This document shows positions 10,738-21,461 of a DNA stretch of 64,000 bases, piece after piece. Every line of letters begins with the position of its first letter. Position 1 is the stretch's first letter. This DNA is from an uncultured Thermoleophilaceae bacterium (GTDB lineage Bacteria > Actinomycetota > Thermoleophilia > Solirubrobacterales > Thermoleophilaceae), in contig CAWGUV010000010.1 in the NCBI GenBank assembly GCA_963825775.1, positions 43,144 through 107,143 of the forward strand. Direction: 5' to 3'. A model generated the notes under the pieces. It made no database searches. It saw only the letters and a program-made list of their open reading frames with translations, and was not told where the DNA came from. The position numbers and the translations under genes are program-made.

Positions 10738-11936
10738 CGCACGTCTCCTCGCACACGGGTGACGAGCCCGGCCCTGGGGCCGCGCGGCTGCCGGCGGCGG
10801 TCGGACTCGCCGCGTTCGGCGGGGACCTCGGCCGCCGCCTTGTTCACCTCCCGGGGGAACTCCTTGCGGAAGACCTCGGCGCTGAAGCGCTGGGCGTTCG
10901 CGAGGCACTCCTGGGGGTCGATGGCGGCGGTGTCGAACTCGCGAACGGCAGTGGCGAGCTCGGCCGGGCCGCCCTCCCACAGGTGGCCGGTGCGGCCATC
11001 CACGATCGTCTCGAGCACGCCCCCGCCGCGGCGGGCGATCACGGGACGGCCCGCGGCCTGGGCCTCGACCGCGGCGATGCCGAACTCCTCGGTGGCGGTG
11101 ACCACGAACGCGCGGCAGCTGGCCATGAGCCGCGCGGTGGTCACATCGTCGACCCTGCCCACGAAGCTCACGTTCGGCGTCGCGAGCTTGCGCAGCCGGC
11201 GCAGCGCCGGGCCGTCGCCCACCACGACGAGGGGCCGACCGAGCTCGGCGAACGCCTCGATCGCCACGTCTATCTGCTTGTGGGAGATCAGCTCGGAGAC
11301 AACGAGGTAGTGGTCGCCCGTCTCCGCCGTGGGCTGAAAGCGCGAGATGTCCACCGGCGGGTAAACCACGCTCGAGGAGCGCCCGAAGAAGGTCTCGATC
11401 CGAGCCTGGGTCAACTGCGAGATGGCGATGTAGCGATCCACGCGCTGCGCGGCCACCCAGTCCCACTCACGCCAGCGGCGAAACAGCGCGCGAGCCACGG
11501 CCCGGGTGACCGGGTCGCCGCGGCCGGCGAGCGTGCTGTGCCGCTCGTTCCACGCGTAACGGAACGGGTTGTAGCAATAGGAGACGTGCACGGCGCCCGG
11601 GTCGCAGATGACCGCGTGAGCCCATGCGCTCGAACTGGACACGACGAGGTCGTACCCCGTCAGGTCGAGGCTCTCGATGGCCGCGGGGTACAGCGGCAGC
11701 AGTGCCCTGAAGGTGCGGCGCGTGGGATGGATCCTCTGCAGGAACGACGTCTGCACCCGCCTGTGGGCGAGACGTCCCTCCATGCCGCGCTCGTCGTAGA
11801 CCGGGGTGAAGATGTCGGCCTCGGGCCACAGGTCGCACATCTCGAGGAACACACGATCGGCTCCTCGCAACCCGAGAAGGAAGTCATGGACCAGAGCCGT
11901 GCGCTGGCCTCCTTCAGCGCTTCCTTGCATCACCAC
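10734..11936 (-). CDS. GT4 family glycosyltransferase
   Basis: 400 aa with a C-terminal GT-B signature AFVVTATEEFGIAAVEAQAAGRPVIARRGGGVLETIVDGRTGHL (E-x7-E type). Confidence 0.85.
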   Translation of the reverse strand: MVMQGSAEGGQRTALVHDFLLGLRGADRVFLEMCDLWPEADIFTPVYDERGMEGRLAHRRVQTSFLQRIHPTRRTFRALLPLYPAAIESLDLTGYDLVVSSSSAWAHAVICDPGAVHVSYCYNPFRYAWNERHSTLAGRGDPVTRAVARALFRRWREWDWVAAQRVDRYIAISQLTQARIETFFGRSSSVVYPPVDISRFQPTAETGDHYLVVSELISHKQIDVAIEAFAELGRPLVVVGDGPALRRLRKLATPNVSFVGRVDDVTTARLMASCRAFVVTATEEFGIAAVEAQAAGRPVIARRGGGVLETIVDGRTGHLWEGGPAELATAVREFDTAAIDPQECLANAQRFSAEVFRKEFPREVNKAAAEVPAERGESDRRRQPRGPRAGLVTRVRGDVR

Positions 11937-11947
11937 TGGGAGCGAGT

Positions 11948-12841
11948 TTAAGTCGCCTTCCGGCGGCTTGCCAGAAATCCATGGAGCTGGGCGCGTTCGC
12001 GCCGGTCGTCTCGGCGGAGCAGACGGCGGGCCAAGGCGCGCGTGGCGAACGTGGTCCCTTGCGCCAGATCGTCGAGGGCCGCGGCTCGCTTCCCGAGCCG
12101 CGCGGTCACCACCTCACGGCGTCGGCGGGCGAGCACCTCGTGCGGCTCGCCGCCGTACGCGGGGGTGGTCGAATGGCCGCCGGTGTGCACCATCGCGATC
12201 TCCGGATGCAGCTCGGTGGGCGCGCCCGCGGCGGCCGCACGCAGGCACAGGTCCATGTCCTCGTAGAAGAGGAACTGCTCGGCGTCGAAGGGGCCGAGCG
12301 ATCGCAGGAGCTCCGTGCGCGCGGCGAGGCAGGCGGCCACCGCCCATCCCACACGCCGCGGCCGCTCCGAGCGCCACGGGTCGGCCGCGAGGCGCAGCGG
12401 GCGAGGCAGCGCACGCGGGTGCACGAGCGCGGGCAGCAGGGCCCGCATTCGCCCGGGAAGCGGGTGGGCGGTGCGCTGCACGCTGCGGTCGGAGTTCAGA
12501 AGCCGCGGCGCCGCCAGCACGGGCCACGCCGCCGCGATCTCCGCCAGGCGCGCCAGGCCGTCATCGAGCAGCTCGACATCGGGATTCAGGAGCACCGTGA
12601 CGCCCGTGGTCGCCCGCTCGACGCCGGCGTTGCACGCCGCCCCGAAGCCCGGGTTCTCGCCCAGCGCCACCACCTCCGCGCGTCCCTCGGCCACGTCCAG
12701 CGTGGCGTCCGCCGATCCGGTGTCGACCACGATCAGCTGCGGCAGCGGATCCAGGTTCCGCTCGGCCGAGTCGAGCAAGACCGCCAGCTCACCGGCCGAC
12801 TCGTGCGTGACCACCACGGCGCTGAAGGGCGGCTCAGGCAT
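11948..12841 (-). CDS. GT2 family glycosyltransferase
   Basis: 297 aa with FSAVVVTHES...LIVVDTGSADAT...NPGFGAACNAG...FLFYEDMDLCLR, a typical GT-A DxD/ED architecture. Confidence 0.85.
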   Translation of the reverse strand: MPEPPFSAVVVTHESAGELAVLLDSAERNLDPLPQLIVVDTGSADATLDVAEGRAEVVALGENPGFGAACNAGVERATTGVTVLLNPDVELLDDGLARLAEIAAAWPVLAAPRLLNSDRSVQRTAHPLPGRMRALLPALVHPRALPRPLRLAADPWRSERPRRVGWAVAACLAARTELLRSLGPFDAEQFLFYEDMDLCLRAAAAGAPTELHPEIAMVHTGGHSTTPAYGGEPHEVLARRRREVVTARLGKRAAALDDLAQGTTFATRALARRLLRRDDRRERAQLHGFLASRRKAT

Positions 12842-13847
12842 CGGCGGCCTCCACGAGCGCGGCGTGCAGCGCGTCGGCGGCTCGGTCCCAGCTCAGGGCG
12901 TCCAGTCGAGCCGGAGCCGCGGCAAGCAGGCGTGCGCGCAGCTCCTCGTCCGCGTCGATCTCCAGCAGCGCGCCGGCCAACGCCTCCGGGTCGCCGGGCG
13001 CCACCACGAGCGCCGCGTCGCCGAGCGTCTCGCGCAGCGAAGGCAGGTCGCTCACCACCACCGGCGTGCCCGCGGCGAGCGACTCGAGCGGGGTGAAGCC
13101 GAAGCCCTCGAGCAGCGACGGCAGCACCGTTGCGCGCGCGCCCGCATAGAGGGCGGCCAGCTCGTCGTCGGACACGCGGCCGCAGGGCACCACACCGGGT
13201 CCGCGCAGCTCCTCGCGCAGCGGGCCGTCGCCGGCGATCACGAGCTCGGCCGTGAGCCCGCGCTCACGTGCGGCGGCAAACGCCTTGGTGAGCACGTCGA
13301 GGCCCTTGCGCGGCTCGAGCGCGCCGACGTAGAGGAGGTAGGAGGGCGGCAGCCCCTGGGGTGGGCGGGTCCCGGCCGGCGGTGCCCAGAACCCCGGGCG
13401 CACGACGCTCACCCGCTCGGCATCGAGCGCCCAGCGCTCCACCGCCTGGTCGCGGGTCTGCTCGGAATCCGTGATCACGCGCGCCGCACCCCGGGCCAGC
13501 CGGGGCTGGCGCGCCGCGCGACTCCAGAGGCGGGCATAGGGGCTGAAGTCCCCGGGACGCAACTCGCTCGAGAGGTCGTGCACCGTGAGCACGTACGGCA
13601 CGGCCGGTGCGACGGGCGCGGGAGCGGGCAGCCAGGCGGCGTCCGCGCCGATACCCAGCCGGGGGCGGCCGATGAACGCCGCCGCCGCGTTGGCCACGCG
13701 TCCCCTGCTGGGCACGACCCCCCAGTCGTCACCGGGATGCCGCTCCACCAGCGCATCGATCATCGCCGACGCATAGCGCGCGATCCCGCGCGCCTGGCGC
13801 AGGCCGGGCGCATCCGCAAGCGCGCGTCCGTCGACAGCGACCCTCAC
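12834..13847 (-). CDS. GT4 family glycosyltransferase
   Basis: From GTG 13847: VRVAVDGRAL...YLLYVGALEPRKGLDVL...LPSLLEGFGFTPLESLAAGTPVVVSDLPSLRE. The ORF is open to 14126, but that upstream part is Arg/Ser/Thr-rich junk. Confidence 0.8.
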   Translation of the reverse strand: MRVAVDGRALADAPGLRQARGIARYASAMIDALVERHPGDDWGVVPSRGRVANAAAAFIGRPRLGIGADAAWLPAPAPVAPAVPYVLTVHDLSSELRPGDFSPYARLWSRAARQPRLARGAARVITDSEQTRDQAVERWALDAERVSVVRPGFWAPPAGTRPPQGLPPSYLLYVGALEPRKGLDVLTKAFAAARERGLTAELVIAGDGPLREELRGPGVVPCGRVSDDELAALYAGARATVLPSLLEGFGFTPLESLAAGTPVVVSDLPSLRETLGDAALVVAPGDPEALAGALLEIDADEELRARLLAAAPARLDALSWDRAADALHAALVEAADA

Positions 13848-13956
13848 CGAGGTTCCCGTCGCCCGGACGGCCGGCCGCGACCTCCGCGACTTGCACGTGA
13901 ACGCTGCCTGTCTCTGTCGGGTCGCGCCAAGGGCATCACCGTAACCTTCGGCGGCT

Positions 13957-16597
13957 GTGGCCCCCGACCTCGACGTACGCCTCGACGCACCCCTCCCCCG
14001 CTCGGTGACCGTCGGCAGGGGCACCGCCCTGTTCGTGTGCGGCACGGCCTTCTCGCGCAGCGCCCCCGTCGACTCGCTGAGCTTCGTGGTGGACGGCGAG
14101 GCCCAGCCGGTGAGCGCACACGGCATGCCGCGGCTGGACCTCTTCCGGACGCTCGGCGGAACCGAGGAGGACCCCCACGACCACAGCTACCGCAGCGGCT
14201 TCTGGGGCATGGTGCGGGTCGGCCCGCGCACGAACGGCGAGCTCGACCTCTCGCTCCGCGCGCGCTTGGCGGGCGGCGGTGAGAGCGACGCCGAGCTCGC
14301 GGAGCTCGCGGTGAACCGTGTCCCGCCGACGGCTCAGGTGGACGCACCCGCGACCACCGGGCCGCTCGTGGCCATCTGCATGGCCACCCACGAGCCGCCG
14401 ATGGAGCTGTTCCGGCGCCAGCTCGAGTCGATCCGAGAGCAGACGCACGGCAACTGGGTCTGCCTGGTGAGCGACGACTGCTCGAGCCCCGCGCGGTTCG
14501 CGGAGATGGAGGCAGAGCTGGGGGGTGACCCGCGCTTCACGGTCTCGCGCTCGCACAGCCGGCTCGGGTTCTACGCGAACTTCGAGCGCGCCCTCTCGAT
14601 GGCGCCGCCCGAGGCGGAGTTCGTGGCGATGGCGGATCAGGACGATCGCTGGGACGCCGACAAGCTGGAGACCCTGCTCGGCGCGATCGGCGACGCCCAA
14701 CTCGCCTACAGCGACGCCCGGCTCGTGACTCCCGAGGGCGAGCTGCTGGCCGACACCTACTGGGCGCTGCGGCGCAACAACCACGCGGACATCTCATCGC
14801 TGCTGATGGCCAACTCGGTGACCGGCGCGGCGTCGCTGCTGCGGCGCGACCTGCTCGACTACGCGCTGCCGTTCCCGCCGGCGCAGTTCGCCCACTTCCA
14901 CGACCATTGGATCGCGCTCACCGCACTCGCCCTGGGCGACATCGAGTTCGTGGATCGGCCGCTGTACGACTACACGCAGCACGACGCGGCCGTGCTGGGC
15001 CACGCCGCCGCGAACCGCCGGACCGCGATGGGCGACCGGGTGGCGAAGCTGGGCGAGGATCCGCGTGAGCGGGTACGGCGCTGGCGGATGCACTTCTTCG
15101 TGGACAACTGCCGCCTGAGCCAGTACTCGACGGTGCTCGAGCTGCGCTGCGGCGACCGGATGACGCCGCCCAAGCGGCGCGCGCTGCGCCCGTACACCGC
15201 GGCGAACGCCTCCCCGGCCGCGCTGGGCCGCTTGGCCGTGCGCGGAGCGCGCGAGCTGACCGGCAAGCCGCAGACGCTGGGGGCCGAGGTCGGGGTCTTC
15301 TTCGCCTTCCTCTGGCGCCGGCTGGTGGCGCTCTCGGCCGGGCGGAGCCTCCGCCCGCGCCGGCGGCTGCGCCTGGACGCCGTACCGCCGCCGAACCTGG
15401 CACCGCGGCCGGGGCGCCGCGGGCCCGAGGGTCCAGGCCCGCGTGCCGTGGCCGAGAAGATCGCCCCACTCGAGCTGCTGGTGTCCGAGGACGCGCCGGC
15501 GCGCGTGAACCTGCTGATTCCCTCGATCGACCTGACCCACTTCTTCGGCGGCTATATCGCCAAGTTCAACCTGGCCCGGCGGTTGGCCGAGCGCGGCGTG
15601 CGGGTGCGGATCGTGACCGTCGACCCCGTGGGCCCGCTCCCGCGCGACTGGCAGCGCCGGGTGGAGTCCTACGAGGGGCTCAGCAGCGTTTTCGAGTCGG
15701 TCGAGGTGGCCTTCGGTCGTGAGTCACAGGGCCTGGAGGTGAGCCGCGACGACCGTTTCATCGCCACCACGTGGTGGAGCGCGCACATCGCCGCGAACGC
15801 GCGTCGAGACGCTCGGCGCCAAGCGCTTCCTCTACCTGATCCAGGAGTACGAGCCGTTCACGTTCCCCATGGGCACCTGGGCCGCGCTGGCCGAGGAGTC
15901 CTACCGCTTCGACCACGCGGCGCTGTTCTCCACCGAGCTGCTGCGCGACTTCTTTTCCGCGCGCGGAATCGGCGCCACGGACTCCGCCACGTTTCGCAAC
16001 GCCATCACCGCGGTCCGCCCACCCACCGAGGAGGAGCTCGCGGCTCGCGAAACGCGCCGGCTGCTGTTCTACGCCCGGCCCGAGGACCACGCGCAGCGCA
16101 ACATGTTCGAGCTCGGGGTGCTGGCGCTCGACCGGGCGCTGGCGCGGGGCGCGTTCCGCGGCTGGGAGCTGCACGGCATCGGCACGGTGGAGTCGGGCCG
16201 GCGGGTGTCCGTGGGCGGCGGGGCCGCGCTGGAGATGCTGCCGCGTGCCGCCCAGGACGACTACGCCCAGCTTCTGCGCGACCACGACGTGGGCCTCGCG
16301 CTGATGTACACCCCCCACCCCAGCCTCGTGCCAATCGAGATGGCATCCGCGGGGATGCTCACGGTGACCAACACCTTCGAGAACAAGACGGCCGAGGCCA
16401 TGGCCGCCATCTCACCGAACATCACGGCTGCCGAGCCGGGCATCGAGGCGGTCGCGGACGCCCTCTGCGCGGCCTCGGAGAACGCCGGCGATGTGTCCCG
16501 GCGCGTGTCCGGCAGCGCGGTCGGCTGGAGCCGCAGCTGGGACGAGTCGTTCGACGACGAGCTGATGGACCGCGTGCTGGCGCTGATTCGGGTCTAG
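13957..16597 (+). pseudogene. Large bifunctional glycosyltransferase: N-terminal GT2 domain fused to a WsaF-like (rhamnosyltransferase-type) GT-B domain; one frame break near nt 15800-15812
   Basis: GT2 part: PLVAICMATHEPPMELFRRQLESIREQTHGNWVCLVSDDCS...MADQDDRWDADKL. The second domain starts ARVNLLIPSIDLTHFFGGYIAKFNLARRL. After ATTWWSAHIAANA the sequence continues in ORF 15869..16597 (VETLGAKRFLYLIQEYEPFTFPMGTW...PSLVPIEMASAGMLTVTN). Confidence 0.75.
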
Positions 16598-16606
16598 GCT
16601 GGCGAG

Positions 16607-18142
16607 GTGAGCAGACTCGCAGGGCTACTGGCCGCCCTGGTCGCTGTGTTTCCCGCCGCCGCCGTGGCTGCGCCCGCCCCGTCGCGCCCGCCGGTGATCC
16701 TCGTGGTGTTCGACGAGTTCCCGACGGACTCCCTGGTGGGGGCCAACGGGCGCATCGACGCGGTGCGGTATCCCGGCTTCGCGCAGCTGGCCGGCACGTC
16801 CACGTGGTTTCGCAACCACCACGCGGTCGCGGACACCACCTTCACGTCGATTCCATCGATCCTCACCTCCACGCGCCCCGCCCGTCACCAGCGCTTCAAG
16901 CGCAGCTACAAGGACTTCAGGCACAGCCTGTTCACGCTGCTCGGCCGGCGCGGCTACCGCATCACTCAGATCGACGGCGACACCCACATCTGCCCCCCTC
17001 GCTACTGCAAGAACGACGGCCCGCTCGGGCTCCGGCCGCTCACCCCGGTCCGCGAGCGGGTGGACGAGATGGACTCCTTTCTCAGAGGGCTGCGCAGGGA
17101 ACGCCGGCCGCGGTTCGCCTACCTGCACTCGCTGCTTCCACACGTCCCGTGGCATCTCACGCCCAGCGGTCACCTGAGAGATCCGGGACCACCGAACACG
17201 GCGGCACGGATCCTCGGCGGTCCGTTCGGGTTCGACGATCCGTTCCTGACCCTGCAGGACGAGCAGCGCCACCTGTTGCAGGTGGGCTATCTCGATCGCG
17301 TCATGGGGAGACTGGTCAGGCGGCTCAAGCGCCTCGGCACGTTCGATCGCTCCCTGATCGTGATCACCGCCGACCACGGCATCTCGTTCGAGCTCGGAGT
17401 GGCCAACCGGCGAGCCGTGCGCCGGGACGGAACAAATGTCGAGGAGATCGCCCCCGTGCCGCTGTTCGTGAAGGCGCCGCGGCAGCGACGGGGCCGCGTT
17501 AGCCCGGCCTGGGTGCGCGGCACCGACGTCGTGCCCACCGTGGCCGACCTGCTCGACGTGCGCCTGCCGTGGCGGGCGGTGGGCAAGTCGGCCTACTCCC
17601 GTGCCGCCCGCGCGCGGCGGCACCTGATCACATCGAGCCCCGACGTGGGCTACACGGTGAAGGTCCGCGGCTCGGTGGTGGAAGCCCGCCGGCGGGCCAA
17701 CCTCGCCCGCCGCCACCGCCTGTTCGGGACGGGCGCCTGGGAGAACGTGTTCCGCATCGGCCCGAACCCAGAGTTGCTCGGCCTCAGCCCCGACCGGCTA
17801 CCGCAGGTGCCGGCTAACGGCCTGAGGGCCGACTTCGACCTGCCCACCGACCTTCGCAACGTGAACCTCAGCAAGCAATTCCTTCCCTCGTGGGCCGTGG
17901 GAGCGCTGCGCGGGCGCGACGCGGGCCCGGCCACCAGGCGCGACGTGGCGCTCGCCGTGAACGGCACGATCAGGGCGGTGGGGCGCACCACACATCTGGA
18001 CGGTGTGAAGGCATTCTCCGACGAGTACTTCTCGCTGATCGTGGACGAGCGCCATCTGCGCGCTGGACGAAACTCGATGCAGCTGTACGAGGTCACGCGG
18101 TCCGGCTCGAATCTGGCTCTGGCCCCGCTGGGGGGACGCTGA
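16607..18142 (+). CDS. Secreted sulfatase / alkaline-phosphatase superfamily protein
   Basis: Signal peptide LLAALVAVFPAAAVAAPAP. VILVVFDEFPTDSL, HSLLPHVPWH and LIVITADHGISF resemble the metal-site and active-site blocks of the sulfatase/phosphoethanolamine-transferase fold. Confidence 0.7.
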   Translation: MSRLAGLLAALVAVFPAAAVAAPAPSRPPVILVVFDEFPTDSLVGANGRIDAVRYPGFAQLAGTSTWFRNHHAVADTTFTSIPSILTSTRPARHQRFKRSYKDFRHSLFTLLGRRGYRITQIDGDTHICPPRYCKNDGPLGLRPLTPVRERVDEMDSFLRGLRRERRPRFAYLHSLLPHVPWHLTPSGHLRDPGPPNTAARILGGPFGFDDPFLTLQDEQRHLLQVGYLDRVMGRLVRRLKRLGTFDRSLIVITADHGISFELGVANRRAVRRDGTNVEEIAPVPLFVKAPRQRRGRVSPAWVRGTDVVPTVADLLDVRLPWRAVGKSAYSRAARARRHLITSSPDVGYTVKVRGSVVEARRRANLARRHRLFGTGAWENVFRIGPNPELLGLSPDRLPQVPANGLRADFDLPTDLRNVNLSKQFLPSWAVGALRGRDAGPATRRDVALAVNGTIRAVGRTTHLDGVKAFSDEYFSLIVDERHLRAGRNSMQLYEVTRSGSNLALAPLGGR

Positions 18143-19421
18143 CCCGCCTCCCGTAGCGGCGAGCCCAGCGGCGGATCGGCTGCTCCACGTAGCGCGCCGA
18201 CGCCCAGCCGTATGCGACAGAGATCGGCACGACGATGGCCGTGAGCACCAGGAACTCCCTGACGGTGCCGTCGCCGGTCACGAGCAGGCCCTGGGCGACC
18301 GCGACGTCGAATGCGCCCCCCAGCCGGGTGGTTCCGAGGGCGTGCACCGCAAACGTCACGACGATCATGTGGACGAGGAAGATCCCGTAGCTGATGTCGC
18401 CGAGCCGGCGGGCGTAGGTGTTCGAGAAGGGAAGCTGGACGGACCTCGGAGCGAGGGACACGGCCACCATCGCCGCGGCCAGCGCGCCCGAGAAGCCGAT
18501 CGCGAGCAGCGGTGACCGGCGCGCCACCTCGGCGCCGATCAGGGCGCCGTCGTCCGCGCCGATCAGGTAGGCGAAGAGGGCCAGTGCGAGCACGGCCGCG
18601 GCAGCGCAAGCCGCCGCACGCCGTTCGAGCGCCTCGGCGGGATGCGTGTCTCGCAACCGCACGTACACCCAGGCGCCGGTCATCCCCGCCGCGAACGAGA
18701 ACGCGAAGAACGGGAACTGCGTGAGCAGGCTGAACTGCACCCGGATCGCGTCGCCCGCGCCGAGGCCGAGCACGTCGTTCACCCGGTCGAAGTGCACGAA
18801 CGCCTCGTGCCACGCCGCGGTGAGCGCCGCCGCCACCGCCAGGCCCACGAACGGGCGGCGGTAGTACCAGCCGGCGATGAGCGGGAGCAGGAGGTAGAAG
18901 GTGACCTCCAGCGAGAGCGTCCACACGGCGCCGTCCACACCGAACCCCAGCGGCACCGACGAGCTGAACAGCTGCCACGGGGTCTGGAGGAAGGCGGCGT
19001 GCACGGCCACGTCGCCAACGCCGGGCTTGTAGAGCGCGGGGTCCGTCGGGATCAGCGCGACCAGCACGAGCGCGATCGCCAGCACCAGCCAGTACGCGGG
19101 CGCCAGCCGCGCGGCGCGCCGAAGCGCGTAAGCGCCGACGCTGCCGAACTCCCCCCGGCGCGCGACCGTCGGCAGGAACACCACGAACCCGCTGATCACG
19201 AACAGCACGTCGATCGCCTGCCCGAACGTGCCCTGCACGAAGCGCAGGAAGAAGCCGGGCCCCGACGCCGCGAGCAGCCCCGAGCTGGTGACCAGGTGCA
19301 GCGCGACGATCCCGAGGATCGCGTAGGCGCGGTACCCGTCGAACGCTGGGACGACCGGGATGCCGGCCGCCGCCCGGCCCTCCTTGCCCGGATCGCCCCC
19401 CGGCGCGACGGCGCTACTCAC
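18093..19421 (-). CDS. Acyltransferase family 3 (OafA-like glycan O-acyltransferase), polytopic membrane protein
   Basis: VPAFDGYRAYAILGIVALHL plus about 10 hydrophobic segments. The start is placed at GTG 19421 (GTGA overlap with the wzm stop). The ORF is open to 19568. Confidence 0.8.
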   Translation of the reverse strand: MSSAVAPGGDPGKEGRAAAGIPVVPAFDGYRAYAILGIVALHLVTSSGLLAASGPGFFLRFVQGTFGQAIDVLFVISGFVVFLPTVARRGEFGSVGAYALRRAARLAPAYWLVLAIALVLVALIPTDPALYKPGVGDVAVHAAFLQTPWQLFSSSVPLGFGVDGAVWTLSLEVTFYLLLPLIAGWYYRRPFVGLAVAAALTAAWHEAFVHFDRVNDVLGLGAGDAIRVQFSLLTQFPFFAFSFAAGMTGAWVYVRLRDTHPAEALERRAAACAAAAVLALALFAYLIGADDGALIGAEVARRSPLLAIGFSGALAAAMVAVSLAPRSVQLPFSNTYARRLGDISYGIFLVHMIVVTFAVHALGTTRLGGAFDVAVAQGLLVTGDGTVREFLVLTAIVVPISVAYGWASARYVEQPIRRWARRYGRRVSVPPAGPEPDSSRTA

Positions 19422-20269
19422 AGCTGCTCGGCGATGCGCGGCGCCTCGCGGCGGAACACCCAGACCGAGAACGCGCACACCGCCACGTAGATCACCACGG
19501 CGGGCACCAGGTGCACGGCGCCCCCCACCGCCTCGACGGGCCCGGGCGCGGTCGGGTCGATCACCCACAGGCGGGCCAGCTCGAACAGCGGCGCCAGCGG
19601 GTTCACCTCGATCACGTCACGCAGCGTCTGCGGCACGATCTCGAGCGGGTAGAGCACGGGGGTGCCGTAGAACAGCACCGTGGCCAGCACGCCCCAGATG
19701 ATGGCCGTGTCGCGGAAGCGCGGGAAGAGCGACGAGACGATCATCGACACCGCGGTGGTGAACACGAACAGCGCGACGAGGATCAGCGGGAACCCCAGCC
19801 AGCTCCACTCCGGCGCGATGCCCCAGGCCAGGATGAACCCGAACACCACCACCAAGTTCAGCCCGAGGTTGAAGAGGGCGGTGAGCACCACCGCCAGCGG
19901 GATCACGAGCCGCGGGAACTGAGTCTTCCGCACGATCGCCTCCTGGCCGACGATCGACTGGACCGCTGTGTTGGTGGCCTCCGAGAAGAAGCCGAACAGC
20001 ACGATGTTGAACAGCAGCAGCACCGGATACTCGGGCACCTCGGAGCCGATCCGGAAGATCTGCGTGAACACGGCGAGCAGCACGCCGAAGAGCATCAGCG
20101 GCCGGGCCAGCGACCAGACGTAGCCGAGCGCGGTGCCGAAGTAGATCTTCTTGAAGTCGGTGACCGCGATCAGCCGCAGCAGCTCCCACGACCGGCGCCA
20201 GCCGCCGCCCAGCGCGGACGGGCCGCGCACCGGGCGCAGCTCCGTGCTGTCGGTCACCTCGACGCTCAT
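19418..20269 (-). CDS. wzm: ABC-2 type polysaccharide export permease
   Basis: 283 aa with six TM segments and an ABC-2 signature region FKKIYFGTALGYVWSLARPLMLFGVLLAVF. ATGA overlap with the wzt stop. Confidence 0.88.
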   Translation of the reverse strand: MSVEVTDSTELRPVRGPSALGGGWRRSWELLRLIAVTDFKKIYFGTALGYVWSLARPLMLFGVLLAVFTQIFRIGSEVPEYPVLLLFNIVLFGFFSEATNTAVQSIVGQEAIVRKTQFPRLVIPLAVVLTALFNLGLNLVVVFGFILAWGIAPEWSWLGFPLILVALFVFTTAVSMIVSSLFPRFRDTAIIWGVLATVLFYGTPVLYPLEIVPQTLRDVIEVNPLAPLFELARLWVIDPTAPGPVEAVGGAVHLVPAVVIYVAVCAFSVWVFRREAPRIAEQL

Positions 20270-21436
20270 GGCTCCCGCACGACCTCGATGTCGTTCTGCA
20301 CGGAGACCAGCCCGAAGGGCGCCGCCGCGCCCTCCACCGCGAACTCCAGCAGCCGCAGGCCCTGCACCGCGAAGTCGCCGTCGTCGCTCTCGCCCCGCAC
20401 CCAGCAGTCCAGCGTGTAGGGGCCGGGCACCAGCGAGTTCTCGATCGTGCCGGTGAGGCGGACCTGCGTGCCGGCGGTCAGGTCGCCGGCCATCTCGCGA
20501 GTGAGGCCGAAGATCACGGTCCCCTCCCCGTCGCGGGCGTGAATGGTGAACGTGGGCCGGGCGATGTCACGCCGCGCCTCGAGCAGCACGTCCAGGCGGA
20601 TCGGCTCCCCCTGCGGGACGTCGGCCGCCTGGGCCTGCACGACCCTCACGTTCACGTCGCGCGCGAGCGGTGCGCACCTCGCCACCCACCTCGATCGTGT
20701 CGACGAGGTTGCGGCGCAGGTACTGCCGGGCCGCCTCCTCGGGGTCGCCGATGTGCGACATCTCCCCGTCGTGGATCAGCATCGCCCGGTCGCACAGGGC
20801 CTGGACGGACTCCATGTCGTGGGTCACGAGCACCAGGGTCTTCCCGGCCCGGCGGCGCTCGTGGAACACGTCCATGCACTTGCTGGCGAACGCCGCGTCG
20901 CCCACGGCCAGCACCTCGTCGATGAGCATGATGTCGGCGTCGGCCTGCACCATCACCGCGAACGCCAGCCGCACCATCATTCCCGACGAGTAGTTCTTCA
21001 GCTTGAGCTCGTCGAACTCCTCGAGCTCGGCGAACTCGAGCACGGCGCCGAGCCGCCGCTGGGCCTCCTGGCGGCTCAATCCCATCAGCACCCCGTTGAG
21101 CACCGCGTTCTCCCGGCCGGTGAGCTCGGGGTCGAACCCCACGCCCAGCTCGATGAAGGGCGCCAGCCGGCCGGCCATGCGGATCGTGCCGGAGTCGGCG
21201 CGGTAGATGCTGGCGAGCACCTTGAGCAGGGTGCTCTTCCCAGCCCCGTTGCGGCCGACGATCCCGAAGAACTCCCCCTTGTGCACATCGAAGGTGATGT
21301 CGCGCAGGGCGCGCAGCTCGCGGTACTCCATCCGCGTGAGCGGATGCGTCGCGCGCTCCTTGAAGGAGTCCATGCGGTGCTCCGGGAGGCGGAAGGACTT
21401 GTGGATCCCCCGCGCCTCGATCACTACCGGCGGCAT
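20266..21436 (-). pseudogene. wzt: Polysaccharide ABC exporter ATP-binding protein with Wzt-type C-terminal glycan-binding domain; one frame break near nt 20670-20690
   Basis: Walker A GRNGAGKSTLLK, signature YSSGMMVRLAF and Walker B IMLIDEVLAVGD are in ORF 20567..21580. The C-terminal beta-sandwich-like domain VNVRVVQAQ...PTFTIHARDGEGTVIFG...YTLDCWV is in ORF 20266..20685. Confidence 0.85.
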
Positions 21437-21461
21437 GCGGTCATTCTTTAGGGTTCGCCGG

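Noticed and set aside
13957-17502. 1181-aa ORF in the track, taken as a single protein
   Set aside because: Only the first ~615 aa are glycosyltransferase-like. After ~nt 15805 the frame reads Arg/Pro/Gly junk across the second half of the gene and across the sulfatase-like gene. The real continuation is ORF 15869..16597.
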